A DNA stretch of 64,000 nt, taken from assembly GCA_040772485.1 (NCBI GenBank), contig JAXGYC010000008.1, positions 288,001 to 352,000 of the forward strand. The letters run 5' to 3'. Numbering within the stretch: the stretch's first letter is position 1; each line of letters opens with the position of its first letter. This document shows, one piece after another, positions 38,466 through 50,238 of this stretch. The notes under the pieces were generated by a model, which saw only the letters and a program-made list of their open reading frames with translations, ran no database searches and was not told the origin of the DNA. Origin of the DNA: Sedimentisphaerales bacterium (lineage in GTDB: Bacteria; Planctomycetota; Phycisphaerae; Sedimentisphaerales; Anaerobacaceae). The position numbers were made by a program, and so were the translations under genes.

Positions 38466-40646
38466 ATGAGAACTGCACTTGCATTGATCGTGGTTGTGGG
38501 GACGGTTGCTTGTAGTGTGCCCGTAAGAGCCTGCCCTGAGCTTACCGAAGGGGCATCAGAGGGAACGCCTGACGGCGTCACTACGAACAGGAGGATCATC
38601 GACCTGAACGGGACGTGGAAGGTGGCGGAAGGGTCGATGGATTCGATGCCGGCGCGGTTCGAGCACACGGTCCGGGTGCCGGGGCTGATCGACATGGCCG
38701 AGCCGGCGTTTGCCGAGGTCGGCAAGAAAAGCGAGCGGCGACAGGCGTTCTGGTATCAGCGAACGTTCACCGTCGAGGGGCCAATCCCCGACATCGCGCT
38801 GCTGAAGATCCACAAGGCGCGGTACGGCACGAAGGTCTGGCTCAACGGGCAACTCGTCGGCGAGCACCTGCCATGCTTTACGCCGGGGCACCTGGATGTC
38901 AAACCCCACCTCAAAGGCGGCGGGCAGGCCAACGAGCTGATCGTCCGCGTCGGCGCCGACCGTGAATCGCGACCGACGGATGTACCCAGCGGCTGGGATT
39001 TCGAAAAGTATCTGTACATTCCGGGCATCTACGATTCGATCGAGCTGATCCTGACCGGGGCGCCGTACATCGAGAGCTTCCAGGTTGTACCCGACGTCGC
39101 CAGGCAGACGGTCCGATTCGTCTCGACCGCCCGCAATCCCACGCGGCAGGAGCAGGTGGACGTGAGGTTCCGGATTCGCGAGGCCGCCAGCGGCCGGGGC
39201 ATTCTCGCCAGAAGAATGCGATTGTCCGAAGTTGGCGACGATACTCAGTTCCCCGTCGATGATGACTTTCACCTTACCGATTGCCACATGTGGTCGCCGG
39301 AGGACCCGTTCCTCTACGAGATAGAGGTGAACATCGGCACCGATCAGGTCCGCACGCGTTTCGGTATGCGAGAATTCCGATTCGATCACGAGACGGGGCG
39401 TGGCGTGCTCAACGGCAAACCTTACTTCATGCGGGGCACGAATGTCTGCGCGTACCGGTTCTTCGAGGACGCCGAACGCGGCGACCGGCCCTGGCGCGCC
39501 GAGTGGGTCCGTCGGCTGCACCAGAAGTTCAAGGGCATGCACTGGAACAGCATCCGCTACTGCATCGGCTTCCCGCCGGAGTTGTGGTACGACATCGCCG
39601 ACGAGGTGGGCTTCCTCATCCAGGACGAGTTCCCGATCTGGCTGCTGAGCGAGGCCCCCGAGAAGCCGACGGCCGAGAAGATCATCCCCGAATACACCGA
39701 GTGGATGCGCGAGCGTTGGAACCATCCTTGCGTGGTGATCTGGGACGCACAGAACGAGAGCCACACACCCGAGACGGGCAAGGCCCTTGAAGCGGTGCGC
39801 CGCCTGGACCTCTCGAACCGGCCGTGGGAAAACGGCTGGGCCGAGCCCCAGAGCCTGACCGATTGCGTTGAGGCCCACCCGTATCTGTTCATCAGCATGT
39901 ACAACGCCGACTGGGGCAGTGCGAAGTTCAAAGGGCTCGAGGACATCGTCAACGTCTCACCGATCCCGTCCTTGCAGCAGGCCCAGCGAAAGCTCAAGGT
40001 GCCGATCATCATCAACGAATACGCGTGGCTGTGGCTCAATCGCGACGGCACGCCCACGTGTCTGACCGCCCCGATCTACGAGAAGCTGCTTGGGTCCAAC
40101 TCGACCACGGAGCAGCGGCGGGCGCTCTACGCAAAGTACCTGGCGGCGTTGACCGAGTTCTGGCGCAGCGGCCGGCAATGCGCCGGCGTGCTGCACTTCT
40201 GCGGGCTGGGCTATTCCCGCGCGGGCGACAAGCCCCGGCCCGAGGGCGGCGCGACCAGCGATCACTTCATCGACCTGGAGAAGCTCACGTTCGAGCCGAA
40301 CTTCGAGCGATGCGTCCGCGACGCGTTCGCGCCGGTGGGGGTCATGCTCGACTACTGGGGTCAGGCGCTGCCGGCCGGCGAGCAGCACGACTTCGAGATC
40401 GTCGTAACCAACGATCTGGCTCTGGAGCGCGAAGGCAACGTGCGGCTGCTCATTCGCAAGGGCGACATGCTCCTCGCCCGGCAGGAGGAGCCGTGCAGGG
40501 TCGAGGCGCTAGGCCAGAAGCGCTTTTCGTTCACGCAGACCGTTCCCTTCGAACCAGGTCGGTACCTGGTGATAGCCGATCTGGCGGTTGCCGGACAGGA
40601 ACCGGTTCGCAGCGTACGAGACCTGATCGTTGTCCCCGCGAAGTGA
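38466..40646 (+). CDS. Glycoside hydrolase family 2
   Basis: IDLNGTW, WSPEDPFLY, FGMREF, LNGKP and NHPCVVIWDAQNE motifs; AGGAG RBS. Confidence 0.88.
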   Translation: MRTALALIVVVGTVACSVPVRACPELTEGASEGTPDGVTTNRRIIDLNGTWKVAEGSMDSMPARFEHTVRVPGLIDMAEPAFAEVGKKSERRQAFWYQRTFTVEGPIPDIALLKIHKARYGTKVWLNGQLVGEHLPCFTPGHLDVKPHLKGGGQANELIVRVGADRESRPTDVPSGWDFEKYLYIPGIYDSIELILTGAPYIESFQVVPDVARQTVRFVSTARNPTRQEQVDVRFRIREAASGRGILARRMRLSEVGDDTQFPVDDDFHLTDCHMWSPEDPFLYEIEVNIGTDQVRTRFGMREFRFDHETGRGVLNGKPYFMRGTNVCAYRFFEDAERGDRPWRAEWVRRLHQKFKGMHWNSIRYCIGFPPELWYDIADEVGFLIQDEFPIWLLSEAPEKPTAEKIIPEYTEWMRERWNHPCVVIWDAQNESHTPETGKALEAVRRLDLSNRPWENGWAEPQSLTDCVEAHPYLFISMYNADWGSAKFKGLEDIVNVSPIPSLQQAQRKLKVPIIINEYAWLWLNRDGTPTCLTAPIYEKLLGSNSTTEQRRALYAKYLAALTEFWRSGRQCAGVLHFCGLGYSRAGDKPRPEGGATSDHFIDLEKLTFEPNFERCVRDAFAPVGVMLDYWGQALPAGEQHDFEIVVTNDLALEREGNVRLLIRKGDMLLARQEEPCRVEALGQKRFSFTQTVPFEPGRYLVIADLAVAGQEPVRSVRDLIVVPAK
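38512..38588. repeat. REP doublet with nested ~24-nt element, inside the GH2 reading frame
   Basis: GTAGTGTGCCCGTAAG[AGCCTGCCCTGAGCTTACCGAAGG]GGCAT...ACGCCTGACGGCGTCACTACGAAC. Confidence 0.85.
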
Positions 40647-40662
40647 AATGAGGATCGAGACC

Positions 40663-42606
40663 ATGAAGGATCGAGTCCAGACGCGCCGCGCGTTTCTCCG
40701 TATGGCAGGTCTGTGCGCCTCGGGTGTCGCGCTATCCGGGTGCGCCCAACCACAGCAACAATCCGCCTCCGGCGTAGCCAATGCAACTCAAGAACGTCCC
40801 AACATCCTCTGGATCACCTGCGAGGACACGAGTCCCTACCTGGGCTGCTATGGCGACCCACACGCGCTGACGCCCAACCTCGACAAGCTGGCGAGCGAAG
40901 GGGCGATCTACACGCAGGCATTCGTCACCGCTCCCGTGTGCAGTCCCGTCCGGTCGTGCCTGATCACGGGCGTCTACGCGACCTCACTCGGCAGCCAGCA
41001 CCTGCGTTCGACGGTGCCGCCGCCGGCGTCGATCGAGCCTTTCCCAAAGTACCTGCGAGCAGCCGGCTACTACTGCTCGAACAACGAGAAGGAAGACTAC
41101 AACTTCAAGGACGCCACGATCTGGGACGAGTCGAGCGGCGCTGCGCACTGGCGCAACCGCCGGCCGGGCCAACCGTTCTTCAGCGTCTTCAACTTCGTCT
41201 CCACCCACCAGGGCCAGATCAACGGCTCCGACGAGGAGTTCTTTGCGAAGTACCGCTCCAAGCTCGCGCCAGAGGAACGTCACGATCCCAACGCGCTCGT
41301 CCTGCCGCCCTACTATCCCGACACGCCGATGGTGCGGAACATCTGGGCCCGCTACTACGACCTCATCACGTTCATGGACAAACAGGTCGGCAACTTGGTC
41401 GCCCAGCTCGACGCCGACGGCCTGGCCGACAGCACAATCGTGTTCTTCTTCGCCGACCATGGCCTGGGCCTGCCCCGGTTCAAGCGCACGCTTTACGACT
41501 CGGGACTGCACGTACCGCTGATCGTGCGCGTTCCGGCGCGCTACCGCTCGCTGGCCCCGGCGTCACCCGGCGGCCGGATCGATCGGCTTGTCAGCACGAT
41601 CGATCTTCCGCCGACCATCCTGACGCTGGCGGGCGTGCCCGTCCCGGACCACATGCAGGGCCGTCCGTTCCTCGGACCGCAGATCGCGCCGCCGCGTGAG
41701 TACATCTACGGCGCATCCAGCCGGGTCGACGAGGCGTACGAGATGTCGCGCTGCGTCCGCGACAAGCGGTACAAGTACATCCGCAACTTTATGCCGCACC
41801 TGCCTTACATCCAGTCCAGCACGTACTGCGACCAGGCACAGATCATGCAGGAGCTGCGTCGCGTGGCCGCATCAGGCTCGCTAACCGGAGCGCAAAGGCC
41901 CCTATGGGAGCCGAGCAAGCCGGTCGAGGAGTTGTACGACACGCAGACCGACCCGCACGAGACGCAGAACCTCGTCGACGCGCCCGCGCATCGCGACGCG
42001 CTGAATCGCCTGCGCCGGGAGCTTCGCGACTGGATGCTGCGAACGAAAGACGTGGGGCTGCTGCCCGAGGCCGAGATGCACATCCGAGCGGCAGGATCGA
42101 CACCGTATGAGGTGGCGCGTGACTCCGGCGCGTATCCACAGGATCGCATCCTGGGTGCTGCCCTGCTCGTCGGCGCCGGGCCGCAGGCGCTGCCCGCTCT
42201 GCGGAGGAATCTGACCGACAAGGACAACGCTGTGCGGTACTGGGCCGCCGTCGGTCTCGATGCGCTCGGCCTGGAGGCGGCGCCGGCACTCGACGCCCTC
42301 GAAAAGGCGCTGGACGATCCGAGCCCGAACGTCCGTTTCGTCTCCGCCGGCGTTCTGTGCCGGTTCGGCCGGGGCGAGCGGGCGCTGGACGTCCTGACGG
42401 AGGGGCTGGACGATCCACGGGAGACGGTCGTCTTGCACGCCGCCCGCACGCTCCAACTCCTGGGTGACAAGGCCCGCCCGGCCGTCGAGTCGATGGAGCG
42501 GGCCCGCAGCCGATACATGAATCCCGACGGCAGCTTCAAGAACAACGACCACGCCATGTTCATCGCCTGGGCGCTGACCAATGCGATGGACCACTGCCAA
42601 CGTTGA
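40663..42606 (+). CDS. Sulfatase with C-terminal HEAT repeats, Tat-exported
   Basis: TRRAFL; ITCED, CSPVRSCLITG and DHG motifs; VRYWAA and PNVRF HEAT-like repeats. Confidence 0.92.
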   Translation: MKDRVQTRRAFLRMAGLCASGVALSGCAQPQQQSASGVANATQERPNILWITCEDTSPYLGCYGDPHALTPNLDKLASEGAIYTQAFVTAPVCSPVRSCLITGVYATSLGSQHLRSTVPPPASIEPFPKYLRAAGYYCSNNEKEDYNFKDATIWDESSGAAHWRNRRPGQPFFSVFNFVSTHQGQINGSDEEFFAKYRSKLAPEERHDPNALVLPPYYPDTPMVRNIWARYYDLITFMDKQVGNLVAQLDADGLADSTIVFFFADHGLGLPRFKRTLYDSGLHVPLIVRVPARYRSLAPASPGGRIDRLVSTIDLPPTILTLAGVPVPDHMQGRPFLGPQIAPPREYIYGASSRVDEAYEMSRCVRDKRYKYIRNFMPHLPYIQSSTYCDQAQIMQELRRVAASGSLTGAQRPLWEPSKPVEELYDTQTDPHETQNLVDAPAHRDALNRLRRELRDWMLRTKDVGLLPEAEMHIRAAGSTPYEVARDSGAYPQDRILGAALLVGAGPQALPALRRNLTDKDNAVRYWAAVGLDALGLEAAPALDALEKALDDPSPNVRFVSAGVLCRFGRGERALDVLTEGLDDPRETVVLHAARTLQLLGDKARPAVESMERARSRYMNPDGSFKNNDHAMFIAWALTNAMDHCQR

Positions 42607-42628
42607 CGGAAAGGGAGTCCTGCAACCC

Positions 42629-44023
42629 ATGAGCCAAGACCTTGACCCGGCCATCCCGCAAACGGGCAGCACATCTTACGTCTTCCTGGTCTGTATCGTC
42701 GCCGCTCTGGGCGGGCTGCTGTTCGGCTACGACACGGGAGTCATCAACGGGGCGATCGGGCCGTTGACCGCGCACTTCGGCCTCAACGACGTACAGCAGG
42801 GCTGGGCCATGGGCTGCGCGCTGCTGGGCTGTGCGCTTGGCGCAATCGGCGCGGGGCCCTTCAGCGACCGCTTCGGGCGCAAGAAGGCTTTGATCGTCTC
42901 GGCGGTCTTGTTCTTCGTCTCGGCGGTTGGGACGGCCGTCCCGCGCACGCTCACGGCGTTCATCCTCTACCGCATCCTCGGCGGTCTTGGCGTCGGGGCG
43001 GCCTCGATGATCTCGCCGATGTACATCGCCGAGATCAGTCCGGCCCGCATGCGCGGACGGATGGTGTCCATCAACCAGTTCGCCATCGTCAGCGGATTTC
43101 TGGTCGTCTACTTCGTGAACTACTTCATCGCACTCCAGGGCGACGCCGGCTGGAACGAGCGGCTCGGCTGGCGCTGGATGTTCGGCTCCGAGTCCCTGCC
43201 GGCCCTCGGATTGCTGATCCTGGCGCTGGTGGTCCCGGAAAGCCCGCGGTGGCTCACCAAGCAGGGCCGCACCGACGAGGCCCTGCACATCCTCGGCCGG
43301 GTGGATGGCGCCGCCTATGCCAAGGCGGAACTGGCGGAAATCAAGGATACCCTGAAGCATGAGAGCGGTTCGCTGAGACAACTCTTCCAGCCGGGCATGA
43401 GGATCATTCTCGTGATCGGGATCGTCCTGGCGGTGCTCCAGCAAGTCACGGGGATCAACGTCTTTCTGTACTTCGGGACCGAGATCTTCAAGAAGATGGG
43501 CTCGCAGACCGATGCGGCCCTGCTGCAAACGGTCGTCGTCGGCGTGGTGAACCTGACGTTCACCGTGATCGCCATCTGGACCGTGGATAAACTGGGTCGC
43601 AAACCGCTGATGCTGATCGGCTCGGCGGGGATGGGCCTGTGCCTGATCGCGATGGGCCTGGCCGCCTATCGTCAGGCGACCGGGCTTTGGATGCTGTTGT
43701 TCATCCTCGGCTACATCGCCTGCTTCGCCCTGAGCGTCGGACCGGTCACGTGGGTGATCCTCTCGGAGATCTTCCCCACGCGGATTCGCGGCCGGGCCAT
43801 GGCCGTCGCCACGGTCTGCCTCTGGATCGCCAACTACCTCGTCTCGCAGACCTTCCCGATGATGGACCAGAACCCCTGGCTGGTCGCCACCTTCCATCGG
43901 GGTTTCCCCTTCTGGCTTTACGGCGCCTTCTGCATCGTGCTGTTCCTGTTCGTCCGCGCGTTTGTGCCCGAAACGAAGGGCAGGACGCTGGAACAGATCG
44001 AGCGCCGGTGGATGCAATCCTGA
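42629..44023 (+). CDS. Sugar porter family MFS transporter
   Basis: GGLLFGYDTG, DRFGRK, PESPRWL, QQVTGIN and PETKG motifs. Confidence 0.95.
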   Translation: MSQDLDPAIPQTGSTSYVFLVCIVAALGGLLFGYDTGVINGAIGPLTAHFGLNDVQQGWAMGCALLGCALGAIGAGPFSDRFGRKKALIVSAVLFFVSAVGTAVPRTLTAFILYRILGGLGVGAASMISPMYIAEISPARMRGRMVSINQFAIVSGFLVVYFVNYFIALQGDAGWNERLGWRWMFGSESLPALGLLILALVVPESPRWLTKQGRTDEALHILGRVDGAAYAKAELAEIKDTLKHESGSLRQLFQPGMRIILVIGIVLAVLQQVTGINVFLYFGTEIFKKMGSQTDAALLQTVVVGVVNLTFTVIAIWTVDKLGRKPLMLIGSAGMGLCLIAMGLAAYRQATGLWMLLFILGYIACFALSVGPVTWVILSEIFPTRIRGRAMAVATVCLWIANYLVSQTFPMMDQNPWLVATFHRGFPFWLYGAFCIVLFLFVRAFVPETKGRTLEQIERRWMQS

Positions 44024-44064
44024 AGACCGGTTCCTCCAGCGCGCAGCACCGCAAAGGCATGAGA

Positions 44065-44147
44065 TTCAAAGAAGCCCCTGCGCGGCGGAGGGAGAGGAAA
44101 AGCGAGATAACACGCAGGGGCTTGAGGGCACATCCTGCTACTTCACT
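44065..44147 (-). ncRNA. Candidate small RNA with CU-rich loop
   Basis: Minus-strand TTTACC-17-TATATT (44154-44182); 11-bp perfect stem 44072-44082/44113-44123; U-rich tail; no ORF. Confidence 0.4.
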
Positions 44148-44331
44148 ACCGAGAATATACCCTTTGTCGCGCATCCGGTAAAGAGAAATTTCCTGGGAAT
44201 TTTCGTCGTTTCTGTACAGATTACGCGGCGTCGGCATTCCTGAGCCATGGAAGCGTTTGGGTGGCAGCCGCTTGAACGGACCGGCTTTCGTGGTATCCTA
44301 TGCGGCGATGGAAAAGGAAATGCCCAGGCAT

Positions 44332-44733
44332 ATGGCCCTGTCGACTCACACGATCCCTATCGTGCCCCGCTACGCGGAGACCGACCGGGGCGGCGTGGTC
44401 CACCACAGCGTCTTCCCCATCTGGTTCGAGATGGGCCGGACCGAACTGCTCCGCGCCAACGGGGTCGCCTACAGGGACCTGGAAGAGGCCGGGATCTTCT
44501 TCGTTGTGGCCGAACTGCGCATAAAATACCGCCGGCCCGCGTTCTACGACGAGGCCCTGCTGCTGGAGACGACTTGTTCGCGCGTTGCGGCCGTCAAGGT
44601 CGAGCACACCTACCGGCTCCTGCGGCGCGACAGCGGCTTGCTTCTGACGGAGGGCTCCAGCGTTCTGGCCTGCCTCGACGCGGAACGCAAGATTCGTCGC
44701 ATCCCGGAATTTATGTACCCCCAGGAGGTCTGA
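44332..44733 (+). CDS. Acyl-CoA thioesterase (YbgC/4HBT family)
   Basis: RYAETDRGGVVHHS..WFEMGR motif; start could be 44308, 44320 or 44332. Confidence 0.88.
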   Translation: MALSTHTIPIVPRYAETDRGGVVHHSVFPIWFEMGRTELLRANGVAYRDLEEAGIFFVVAELRIKYRRPAFYDEALLLETTCSRVAAVKVEHTYRLLRRDSGLLLTEGSSVLACLDAERKIRRIPEFMYPQEV

Positions 44734-44801
44734 CGGGGCAGGCACTTTGAGCGTTAAGCCTTTGGCTAACCGACCGAGCATTTGACTCAAGGAGATGGAG
44801 A

Positions 44802-46280
44802 ATGAGGTGGTTCTGGTCGCGCGTAGTGGTGTTGTCGTTGATCCTGTTTGCCTTCCTGACGGGTCCCGTGACGGCGGCGTTGCCGGTGTACGTCACCTTC
44901 TGGTTCGACACGGAGGACTTCATCCTGCCGGAGGCCGACGACGCGGCGATGCGGCTGGCAGAGATGTTCGCAGCCCGCAACGTCCAGGCCACGTTCAAGA
45001 TCGTCGGCGAGAAGGCCCGGGTCCTGGAGGAGCGAGGACGGGACGACGTGATCGCGGCACTGGCGAAGAACGACATCGCCTATCATTCTACGTACCACAG
45101 CGTACACCCGACGCCGTCGGAATACTGCCGGGACCTGACCTGGCAGGAAGGGGTCTCGGAGTTCACGCGGCGAGAGGGGACCGGACTGCGCACGCTGCGG
45201 AAGGTCTTCGGCGTCAACGCTTCCTGCTATGGGCAGCCGGGAGGATCGTGGACGCCGCAGAGCTATGCCGCTCTCCACGCCTTTGACATCCCGCTCTATC
45301 TCGACGAGACCTCGCACGTCAACGTGGACAACCGGCCCTTCTGGTATTGCGGCGTCCTGAACATCCTGAGGTTGGGCGACGCCGTCATACGGACCGGCTG
45401 GACCGACCAAGAGGTCCGGCAGGCCTGCGAGAAGTTCGATCGCGTCCACAAGAAGCTGCTCGGCGAAGGCGGCGGCATCATAAGCATCTACTACCATCCG
45501 TGCGAATTCGTCCATACGCAGTTCTGGGACGGCGTCAACTTTGCCCGCGGCGCCAATCCGCCCCGCTCGCAGTGGAAGCGGCCGCCCATGAAATCGCCGC
45601 AGGAACAGAAACAGGCCTTCGACGCGTTCGAGGCGTTCCTCGACCACATCATCCGCCACGACCGGACCCGCCTCGTGACCGCGCGGGAGATCCCATCGCT
45701 GTATCCCGACCGCATCTACTCCCGCCCGCTGACGCGACGCGATGTTCAAATGATCGCGGAGGCCTTCCGCAAAGAGCTTTCCTATGTCGATCTGGATGGG
45801 AAGATCGCCTCGGCGGGCGAAGGCCTGCTGGCACTGGCCCAGACCGTCGCCAAATCCGATGGCGAGTCCAAACCAGGCGACATCACGCTGGAATTCGTCT
45901 ACGGTCCGGCTTCGGCGCCGCAGCGATTCGTTACGGAGGGCACGTATTCCTCTGAGGCCATCCACGAAGCGGCCCAGGAATTGCTCGATATCGTGCAGCA
46001 GACCGGGCAAATGCCTTCCGTGATCTGGGTGGCGGGCGAGCCGGTGCGTCCCGAAGACTTCGCCGTGACGCTGGCAAACGTGGTGGCGTCCGGCGGACTG
46101 TCGGGCGATGTTGCATTGCGTCGCGGCGAACTGGTTGCGAAGAAGCACGTTGCCGACGATTCGCCCGGCCTGTGGGGATGGGTGATCTTCCCCGAAGGCT
46201 TCCGCGCCCCGCACATGATGGAGGTCGCCAAGCTCCAGGCCTGGACGATCAAGCCCGCCGTCTTGCGCAGGCCGCAGTAA
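44802..46280 (+). CDS. Secreted polysaccharide-deacetylase-like protein
   Basis: Signal peptide; TFWFDTED, ATFKIVG, HSTYH and YYHPCEF (NodB-like). Confidence 0.65.
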   Translation: MRWFWSRVVVLSLILFAFLTGPVTAALPVYVTFWFDTEDFILPEADDAAMRLAEMFAARNVQATFKIVGEKARVLEERGRDDVIAALAKNDIAYHSTYHSVHPTPSEYCRDLTWQEGVSEFTRREGTGLRTLRKVFGVNASCYGQPGGSWTPQSYAALHAFDIPLYLDETSHVNVDNRPFWYCGVLNILRLGDAVIRTGWTDQEVRQACEKFDRVHKKLLGEGGGIISIYYHPCEFVHTQFWDGVNFARGANPPRSQWKRPPMKSPQEQKQAFDAFEAFLDHIIRHDRTRLVTAREIPSLYPDRIYSRPLTRRDVQMIAEAFRKELSYVDLDGKIASAGEGLLALAQTVAKSDGESKPGDITLEFVYGPASAPQRFVTEGTYSSEAIHEAAQELLDIVQQTGQMPSVIWVAGEPVRPEDFAVTLANVVASGGLSGDVALRRGELVAKKHVADDSPGLWGWVIFPEGFRAPHMMEVAKLQAWTIKPAVLRRPQ

Positions 46281-46283
46281 AGC

Positions 46284-46311
46284 GTGGGGGCGAATCGTTA
46301 TTCGCCCCTAC
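46284..46311. repeat. REP family A variant overlapping a stop codon
   Basis: GGGGCGAATCGTTATTCGCCCCTAC between convergent genes. Confidence 0.8.
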
Positions 46312-46679
46312 GAACGGCCGGTACCCAGCGATGCGGACAGTTCCGCGATGCGCAGTTCGAGGCGCTTGACCTCGCGCTTGATGCTGTTCCTCGCGATCAT
46401 CTGCCAGGCGAAGACCTTCATCAGGCCGACGAACTGCACGAGGCAGATAAAGAGGGCCGCATATAGGATCTGGTCCTTGGTCTGGTCGGCGTCGAAGAAC
46501 TTGACCGCACTGTAGACGGCGCCGGCCATGAAGGCGATGCCCCAGACCCAGACGAGGATCGCGGTCGAGAGCATCTTGCGGCTGTAGAAGTCGCTGAGCA
46601 TCGAGCAAAGGCTGTCCTCCTTCGAGTCTTCGTAGTCCTGCGGTCCGTCGATGATCTTTCTGATCTGCTCGTCGTTCAT
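46308..46679 (-). CDS. Two-TM membrane protein (DUF6768-like), probable anti-sigma partner
   Basis: Two TMs; NSIKREVKRLEL tail; directly downstream of an ECF sigma factor. Confidence 0.7.
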   Translation of the reverse strand: MNDEQIRKIIDGPQDYEDSKEDSLCSMLSDFYSRKMLSTAILVWVWGIAFMAGAVYSAVKFFDADQTKDQILYAALFICLVQFVGLMKVFAWQMIARNSIKREVKRLELRIAELSASLGTGRS

Positions 46680-46697
46680 GGTGGTTCTCCTTGCAGG

Positions 46698-47237
46698 CTA
46701 TCCTGCGGACTGTTGCCAAATCTCTTTGAACTCGTTTCTGGCGTGATACAGTCGCGACTTGACCGTCCCGGCCGGAACCTTCAGCACCGCGGCGACCTCG
46801 GCCAGGCCAAGCCCTTCGAGGTAGTACAGGGTCAGCACCACCCGGCTGCGGGCCGGCAACTGACGCAGGATGCCCTGGAGGTCGGCCGAGACATCCACGT
46901 CTGTCGGCCCGTCCGCCGATACGAGACGCACAACAGGCGGCGGCGTTCGAGCCTCAGCCGCAGACCGGATCCAGTCGTTGGCCTTGTTCGTCACAATGCG
47001 ATAGAGCCAGGGTCGCAGCCGGGCCGGGTCGTTCAGCCTGCGAATCCCACGCACCACGCCCAGCCAGCTCTCCTGCGTGACGTCCCACGCGGCCTCGGAA
47101 CTGCCCGTCAGACGACGGGCGTACTGCCAGAGCCGTTTCTGCCAGCGACTGACCAGCGCCTCGAAGGCCCTGGCGTTGCCGCTCTGGGCCTCCATCACCA
47201 GCAGCTCGTCGACGAGTTGTCCGGCTGTATCACGCAT
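46698..47237 (-). CDS. ECF RNA polymerase sigma factor
   Basis: AWDVTQE, WLYRIVTN and GTVKSRLYHAR motifs. Confidence 0.93.
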   Translation of the reverse strand: MRDTAGQLVDELLVMEAQSGNARAFEALVSRWQKRLWQYARRLTGSSEAAWDVTQESWLGVVRGIRRLNDPARLRPWLYRIVTNKANDWIRSAAEARTPPPVVRLVSADGPTDVDVSADLQGILRQLPARSRVVLTLYYLEGLGLAEVAAVLKVPAGTVKSRLYHARNEFKEIWQQSAG

Positions 47238-47579
47238 GTTCACATATCCAGTCCCCGCGGCAGACGCCGCGGTTCATCATTCTGCGAGGATTGCCCCAAA
47301 AAGTCTACCACCGGCCCCGCAGGCGGGGCGGGTGTGGAAACACCCGGGCATGCGTGTGGCAGCGGCAAGCGCAGGCTTGCCGATGGTGATACGCATGTAG
47401 TCGAAGCCATCGGCAAACTCCGCCTTGCTCCGTTTGCCGCTGCCACACATGGCTCTCTATATACTGGAACTGGGCCTTGCCGTGAAATTCGCACAGCCCG
47501 CAGGCGGGCATCCGGGCAGGTTTTTGGCATTTGGGCTTGTCTTTGGGCCGGTTTTCCGTAGAATCAGACTGCTGCTGCC

Positions 47580-47667
47580 GGAGAGGTGTCGGAGCGGCTG
47601 ATCGAGCAGCCTTGGAAAGGCTGTGTAGGGCTTGTCCCTACCGCGGGTTCGAATCCCGCCCTCTCCG
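47580..47667 (+). tRNA. tRNA-Ser (GGA)
   Basis: GGAGAGG/CCTCTCC acceptor stem; CAGCC-TTGGAAA-GGCTG anticodon arm; long variable arm; GTTCGAATC. Confidence 0.95.
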
Positions 47668-47758
47668 TTCGTTTCTAGCCTTCGGGGCGCCGTTTGGCAG
47701 GGATGGGCAGCGACGCGTAGACAAGCTTGCTGTGCGCCCGCGACAAGGAGAGCAGGAC

Positions 47759-49506
<1,748 letters not shown>

Positions 49507-49507
49507 T

Positions 49508-50056
49508 GTGAGACTGCTCGGATTCCTGATGGTGACGGTCGGCTTCATCGCCGCGGCGCTGGCGGCGGTGATCGATGAGAGCACGGTGAAATGGCTGTGG
49601 TATCTGCCGGCGCTGGCGCTGGGGATCGCGGGAGTCGTCGTGATCCGCACCCACGTCGCCCGCCACACCAAGGCGGACCACCACGTTGCGGCCAACATCG
49701 AGACCATCGAGGCGAGCCTGGGCAGGATTGCGGCCAACATCGGCACGCTCGACGCCCAGAAGCACTCCATCGACACGTACGACGTGCGCCACCGGATCGA
49801 CGAGCTGTTCACCGACGACCTGGAGACATTCGTGGACGCCCGGCAGAGCATCGCACATCGCTACGGCCTGGCCGCCTACGCCGAGGTAATGACCGCCTTC
49901 GCCGGGGGCGAGCGATATCTCAACCGCGTCTGGTCCGCCTCCGCCGACGGCTACATCGACGAGGTCCACGAATACCTCGCCAAGGCCAAGGACCAGTTCG
50001 CCGAAACCCTCACCCTCCTCCGCCGCCTGCAAACCCCCTCCGACGTTCGTTCGTAG
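49508..50056 (+). CDS. Hypothetical membrane protein
   Basis: Two N-terminal TMs; GERYLNRVWSASADGY; coupled to the OPT gene. Confidence 0.75.
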   Translation: MRLLGFLMVTVGFIAAALAAVIDESTVKWLWYLPALALGIAGVVVIRTHVARHTKADHHVAANIETIEASLGRIAANIGTLDAQKHSIDTYDVRHRIDELFTDDLETFVDARQSIAHRYGLAAYAEVMTAFAGGERYLNRVWSASADGYIDEVHEYLAKAKDQFAETLTLLRRLQTPSDVRS

Positions 50057-50238
50057 TGGTCCCGATCCACGTCGAGATGAGACGCTACTTGAAACCCGTG
50101 CATACTCTTACGAGCACACCAAAAGAACGGGCAAGCTCTTGCGGGCACACGGCGAACAGCGCATTGCCCTTGCGTGGCTCCCCGCCGGTGTAGTACCATG
50201 GCAGGAAGAGAGTCGCTCACTGTAATGGGAGTTCACTG

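Noticed and set aside
14486..47667. tRNA-Thr or tRNA-Ser as an island integration site
   Set aside because: I saw no duplicated tRNA 3' end and no integrase in the window (by eye only).
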